Source: a virus
Taxonomy: Duplodnaviria > Caudoviricetes
DNA: 25,236 nucleotides
IMG/VR virus record: IMGVR_UViG_3300025674_000356
Coordinates: 1-25,236 of that record
Direction: 5' to 3' (one strand)
The position numbers and the translations under genes are program-made. Below are positions 25,123 through 25,236 of the stretch, in pieces. The notes beneath the pieces were generated by a model. That model did no database searches and had not been told where the DNA came from. It saw nothing but the letters and a program-made list of their open reading frames with translations. Position 1 is the first letter of the stretch, and each line of letters starts with the position of its first letter.

Positions 25123-25236
25123 GACCCTATCCTACATGCGTTCTGCAGGGCCCTGGCAAGCGGGGCTGGATCGTGGGGGCCCTAAGTCGTTTTCTGGCAG
25201 GAACTTGCGGATTCGCTGTCCGGTCCTGGGGCCCGG

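Noticed and set aside
1-25236. CRISPR arrays, tRNAs, integrase/att sites, DGR repeats, stop-codon recoding
   Set aside because: None seen by eye. Genes tile the minus strand under the standard code, and TAA, TAG and TGA are all used as stops.

Overview
A GC-rich (roughly 60-65%) tailed-phage virion morphogenesis module, entirely on the minus strand and tightly packed, with most junctions overlapping (ATGA/GTGA/TGATG/TAATG). Read in transcription order (right to left): small terminase-like gene, eight inserted genes (including a lipoprotein with a C-terminal TM helix, an HGGG/GxSxG esterase and two tail-fibre-like proteins), large terminase, portal, a small conserved-type protein, scaffold, major capsid, decoration protein, a cUUCGg hairpin, head-tail adaptor, a greatly enlarged 1640-aa tail nozzle-like protein, a small ORF and ejection-type proteins. 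No tape measure or sheath is visible, so the layout is podovirus-like. The ORF track misses the most interesting gene: a minus-strand frame open from 4455 to the window edge (at least 1485 codons, checked by hand with no stop). It encodes a polyvalent ejection-type protein with a gluzincin metallopeptidase (HELAH...DEASAE), an H-Y-E-type ADP-ribosyltransferase and, fused directly to the ART, a complete ECF sigma-factor-like domain resembling Planctomycete-type ECFs. This suggests a virion-delivered transcription-takeover system and possibly a Planctomycete host. All functional calls come from motif recognition and gene order, not database searches.
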